The translations under genes and the position numbers were made by a program. This document shows, in pieces, positions 58,975 to 64,000 of a stretch of 64,000 nucleotides of DNA; the first letter of the stretch is position 1; each line of letters opens with the position of its first letter. Below the pieces are notes generated by a model that saw only the letters and a program-made list of their open reading frames with translations, did no database searches and was not told the origin of the DNA. This DNA is from Eledone cirrhosa (Eukaryota): assembly GCA_964016885.1 (NCBI GenBank), contig OZ024743.1, positions 243,102,001-243,166,000 of the forward strand. Reading direction: 5' to 3'.

Positions 58975-61900
58975 AATAGTTTAGTAATATTGTAGTAGAC
59001 ACAGCACTGTATCAACCAACAGGGTTTAGTAATATTGTAGTAGTCAGCACTGTAATAACTGAAATGGTTTAGTAATATTGTAGTAGCCACAGCTGTACCA
59101 ACTAAAATGCTATGGTATAATTGTAGTAGACACAGCTGTACCAACCAAAATGGTTTGGTATAATTTTAGTAGCCACAGCTGTACCAACGAAAATGGTTTG
59201 GTATAATTGTAGTAGACACAGCTGTACCAACCAAAATGGTTTGGTATAATTGTAGTAGACACAGCTGTACCAACCAAAATGTTTGGTATAATTGCAGTAG
59301 ACACAGCTGTACCAACCAAAATGATTTGGTATAATTGTAGTAGACACAGCTGTACCTACCAAAATAGTTTGGTATAATTGTAGTAGACACAGCTGTACCA
59401 ACCAAAATGGTTTGGTATAATTTTAGTAGCCACAGCTGTACCAACTAAAATGGTTTGGTATAATTGTAGTAGACACAGTTGTACCAACCAAAATGGTTTG
59501 GTATAATTGTAGTAGACACAGCTGTACCAACCAAAATGGTTTGGTATAATTGTAGTAGACACAGCTGTACCAACCAAAATGGTTTGGTATAATTTTAGTA
59601 GCCACAGCTGTACCAACTAAAATGCTTTGCTATAATTGTAGTAGACACAGCTGTACCAACCAAAGTGGTTTGGTATAATTGTAGTAGACACAGCTGTACC
59701 AACCAAAATGGTTTAGTATAATTGTAGTAGACACAACTGTACCAACTAAATTGGTTTGGTATAATTTTAGTAGCCACAGCTGTACCAACCAAAATGGTTT
59801 GGTATAATTGTAGTAGACACAGCTGTACCAACCAAAATGGTTTGGTATAATTGTAGTAGACACAGAACTGTACAAACCAAAATGGTTTGGTATAATTATA
59901 GTAGCCACAGCTGTAGCAACCAAAATTGTTTGGTATAATTGTAGTAGACACAGCTGTACCAACCAAAATGGTTTCGTATAATTGTAGTAGACACAGATGT
60001 ACCAACCAAAATGGTTTGGTATAATTGTAGTAGACACAGCTGTACCAACCAAAATGGTTTGGTATAATTGTAGTAGACACAGCTGTACCAACTAAAATGG
60101 TTTGGTATAATTTTAGTAACCACAGCTGTACCAACCAAAATGGTTTGGTATAATTGTAGTAGACACAGCTGTACCGACCAAAATGGTTTGGTATAATTGT
60201 AGTAGACACAGAACTGTAAAAAACCAAAATGGTTTGGTATAATTGTAATAGCCATAGCTGTACCAAACAAAATGGTTTGGTATAATTGTAGTAGACACAA
60301 CTGTACCAACCAAAATGGTTTGGTATAATTGTAGTAGACACAGCTGTACCAACCAAAATGGTTTTGTATAATTGTAGTAGATACAGCTGTACCAACTAAA
60401 ATGGTTTGGTATAATTGAAGTGGCCACAGCTGTACCAACCAAAATGGTTTGGTATAATTGTAGTAGACACAGCTGTACCTACCAGAATGGTTTGGTATAA
60501 TTGTAGTAGACACAGCTGTACCAACCAAAATGGTTTGGTATAATTGTAGTAGACACAGCTGTACCAACGAAAATGGTTTGGTATAATTGTAGTAGACACA
60601 GCTGTACCAACCAAAATGGTTTGGTATAATTTTAGTAGCCACAGCTGTACCAACTAAAATGCTTTGCTATAATTGTAGTAGACACAGCTGTACCAACCAG
60701 AGTGGTTTGGTATAATTGTAGTAGACACAGCTGTACCAACCAAAATGGTTTGGTATAATTGTAGTAGACACAGCTGTACCAACCAAAATGGTTTGGTATA
60801 ATTGTAGTAGACACAGCTATACCAACCAAAATGGTTTGGTATAATTTTAGTAGACAGCTGTACCAACCAAAATGGTTTGGTATAATTGTAGTAGCCACAG
60901 CTGTACCAACCAAAATGGTTTGGTATAATTGTAGTGGACACAGCTGTACCAACCAAAATGGTTTGGTATAATTGTAGTAGCCACAGCTGTACCAACCAAG
61001 ATGGTTTGGTATAATTGTAGTAGACACAGCTGTACCAACCAAGATGGTTTGGTATAATTGTAGTATACACAGCTGTACCAACCAAAATGGTTTGGTATAA
61101 TTGTAGTATACACAGCTGTACCAACCAAAATGGTTTGGTATAATTTTAGTAGCCACAGCTGTACCAACTAAAATTCTTTGGTATAATTGTAGTAGACACA
61201 GCTGTACCAACCAAAATGGTTTGGTATAATTGTAGTAGACTCAGCTGTACCAACTAAAATGGTGTGGTATAATTTTAAAAGCCACAGCTGTACCAACCAA
61301 AATGGTTTGGTATAATTGTAGTAGCCACAGCTGTACCAACGAAAATGGTTTGGTATAATTGTAGTAGAAACAGCTGTACCAACCAAAATGGTTTGGTATA
61401 ATTGTAGTGGACACAGCTGTACCGACCAAAATGGTTTGGTATAATTGTAGTAGCCACAGCTGTACCAACCAAAATGGTTTGGTATAATTGTAGTAGACAC
61501 AAGACACTGTATCAACCAAAATGGTTTGGTATAATTGTAGTAGACACAGCTGTACCAACCAAAATGGTTTAGTAATATTGTAGTAGACACAGAACTGTAC
61601 CAACTAAAATGATTTGGTATAATTGTAGTAGACACAGAAATGTACCAACCAAAATGGTTTGGTATAATTGTAGTAGAAACAGCTGTATCAACCAAAATGG
61701 TTTAGTAATATTGTAGTAGACACAGAACTGTACCAACCAAAATGGTTTGGTATAATTGTAGTAGACACAGTTGTACCAACCAAAATGGTTTGGTATAATT
61801 GTAGTAGACACAGCTGTACCAACCAAAATGGTTTGGTATAATTGTAGTAGACACAGCTGTACCAACCAAAATGGTTTGGTATAATTTTAGTAGCCACAGC

Positions 61901-64000
61901 TGTACCAACTAAAATGCTTTGGTATAATTGTAGTAGACACAGCTGTACCAACCAAAATGGTTTGGTATAATTGTAGTAAACACAGCTGTACCAACCAAAA
62001 TGGTTTTGTATAATTGTAGTAGACACAGAACTGTACCAATCAAAATGGTTTGGTATAATTGTAGTAGACACAGCTGTACCAACCAAAATGGTTTGGTATA
62101 ATTGTAGTAGACACAGCTGTACCAACCAAAATGGTTTTGTATAAGTGTAGTAGATACAGCTGTACCAACAAAAATGGTTTGGTATAATTTTAGTAGCCAC
62201 AGCTGTACCAACTAAAATGCTTTGGTATAATTGTAGTAGACACAGCTGTACCAACCAAAATGGTTTGGTATAATTGTAGTAGACACAGCTGTACCAATCA
62301 AAATGGTTTGGTATAATTGTAGTAGCCACAGCTGTACCAACCAAAATGGTTTGGTATAAATGTAGTAGACACAGCTGTACCAACCAAAATGGTTTGGTAT
62401 AATTGTAGTAGACACAGCTGTACCAACCAAAATGGTTTGGTATAATTGTAGTAGACACAGCTGTACCAACCAAAATGGTTTGGTATAATTTGAGTAGCCA
62501 CAGCTGTACCAACTAAAATGCTTTGGTATAAATGTAGGAGACACAGCTGTACAAACCAAAATGGTTTGGTATAATTGTAGTAGACACAGCTGTACCAACT
62601 AAAATGGTGTGGTATAATTTTAGTAGCCACAGCTGTACCAACCAAAATGGTTTGGTATAATTGTAGTAGCCACAGCTGTACCAAACAAAATGGTTTGGTA
62701 TAATTGTAGTAGACACAGCTGTACCAACCAAAATGGTTTGGTATAATTGTAGTAGCCACAGCTGTACCAACCAAAATGGTTTGGTATAATTGTAGTAGAC
62801 ACAAGGCACTGTATCAACCAAAATGGTTTGGTATAATTGTAGTAGACACAGCTGTACCAACTATAATGGTTTAGTAATATTGTAGTAGACACAGAACTGT
62901 ACCAACCAAAATGGTTTGGTATAATTGTAGTAGACACAGCTGTACCAACCAAAATGGTTTGGTATAATTGTAGTAGTTACAGCTGTACTAACTAAAATGG
63001 TTTGGTATAATTTTAGTAGCCACAGCTGTACCAACCAAAATGGTTTGGTATAATTGTAGTAGACACAGCTGTACCAACCAAAATGGTTTGGTATAATTGT
63101 AGTAGACACAGAACTGTACCAACCAAAATGGTTTGGTATAATTGTAGTAGACACAGCTGTACCAACCAAAATCGTTTTGTATAATTGTAGTAGATACAGC
63201 TGTACTAACTAAAATGGTTTGGTATAATTTTAGTAGCCACAGCTGTACCAACCAAAATGGTTTGGTATAATTGTAGTAGACACAGCTGTACCAACCAAAA
63301 TGGTTTGGTATAATTGTAGTAGACACAGAACTGTACCAACCAAAATGGTTTGGTATAATTGTAGTAGCCACAGCTGTACCAAGCAAAATGGTTTAGTATA
63401 ATTATAGAGGACACAGCTGTACCAACCAAAATGGTTTGGTATAATTGTAGTAGACACAGCTGTACCAACCAAAATGGTTTGGTATAATTTTAGTAGCCAC
63501 AGCTGTACCAACTAAAATGGTGTGGTATAATTCTAGTAGACACAGCTGTACCAACCAAAATGGTTTGGTATAATTGTAGTAGACGCAGCTGTACCAACTA
63601 AAATGGTTTGGTATAATTTTAGTAGACACAGCTGTACCAACCAAAATGGTTTGGTATAATTGTAGTAGCCACAGCTGTACCAACCAAAATGGTTTGGTAT
63701 AATTGTAGTAGACACAAGGCACTGTATCAACCAAAATGGTTTGGTATAATTGTAGTAGACACAGTTGTACCAACCAAAATGGTTTAGTAATATTGTAGTA
63801 GACACAGAACTGTACCAACTAAAATGATTTGGTATAATTGTAGTAGACACAGAACTGTACCAACCAAAATGATTTGGTATAATTGTAGTAGACACAGCTG
63901 TACCAACCAAAATGGTTTAGTAATATTGTAGTAGACACAGAACTGTACGAACCAAAATGGTTTGGTATAATTGTAGTAAACACAGCTGTACCAACCAAAA
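58975..64000. repeat. 43-bp tandem satellite (~115 units, runs off window), consensus GGTATAATTGTAGTAGACACAGCTGTACCAACCAAAATGGTTT
   Basis: Period of 43 read directly. Recurrent 45- and 47-bp variants. Left-edge units are degenerate. Confidence 0.97.

Noticed and set aside
58975-64000. CRISPR-like array (partly palindromic ~43-bp repeat)
   Set aside because: Units are head to tail with no unique spacers, there are no cas genes, and the context is eukaryotic.

Overview
AT-rich eukaryotic (animal) repetitive DNA with no recognisable host gene. The repeat content suggests a cephalopod such as Octopus (inference). It contains: (i) seven RTE-clade LINE copies with (GAT)n tails and a PHD-like finger inside the RT, two of them forming a 3.1-kb head-to-head inverted pair; (ii) one apparently intact Naiad-type Penelope-like element (PLE; RT + GIY-YIG, ~945-bp pseudo-LTRs), one frameshifted Neptune-like PLE and several PLE remnants; (iii) about 17 type I hammerhead ribozyme (HHR) motifs found by eye, intact, decayed or truncated, many in short ORF-less and often fold-back islands within huge interrupted (TA)n arrays; (iv) a probable 8.6-kb Helitron (33885-42507, minus) with a decayed RepHel gene, a 2.6-kb CpG-rich 27-bp satellite made of NRF1-type sites and a nested non-autonomous Helitron, lying between what appear to be the two halves of one PLE; (v) tRNA-derived SINEs; and (vi) a 43-bp satellite that runs off the window end. 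A 200-N gap lies at 21236-21435. All coordinates and base pairings were read manually and are approximate.
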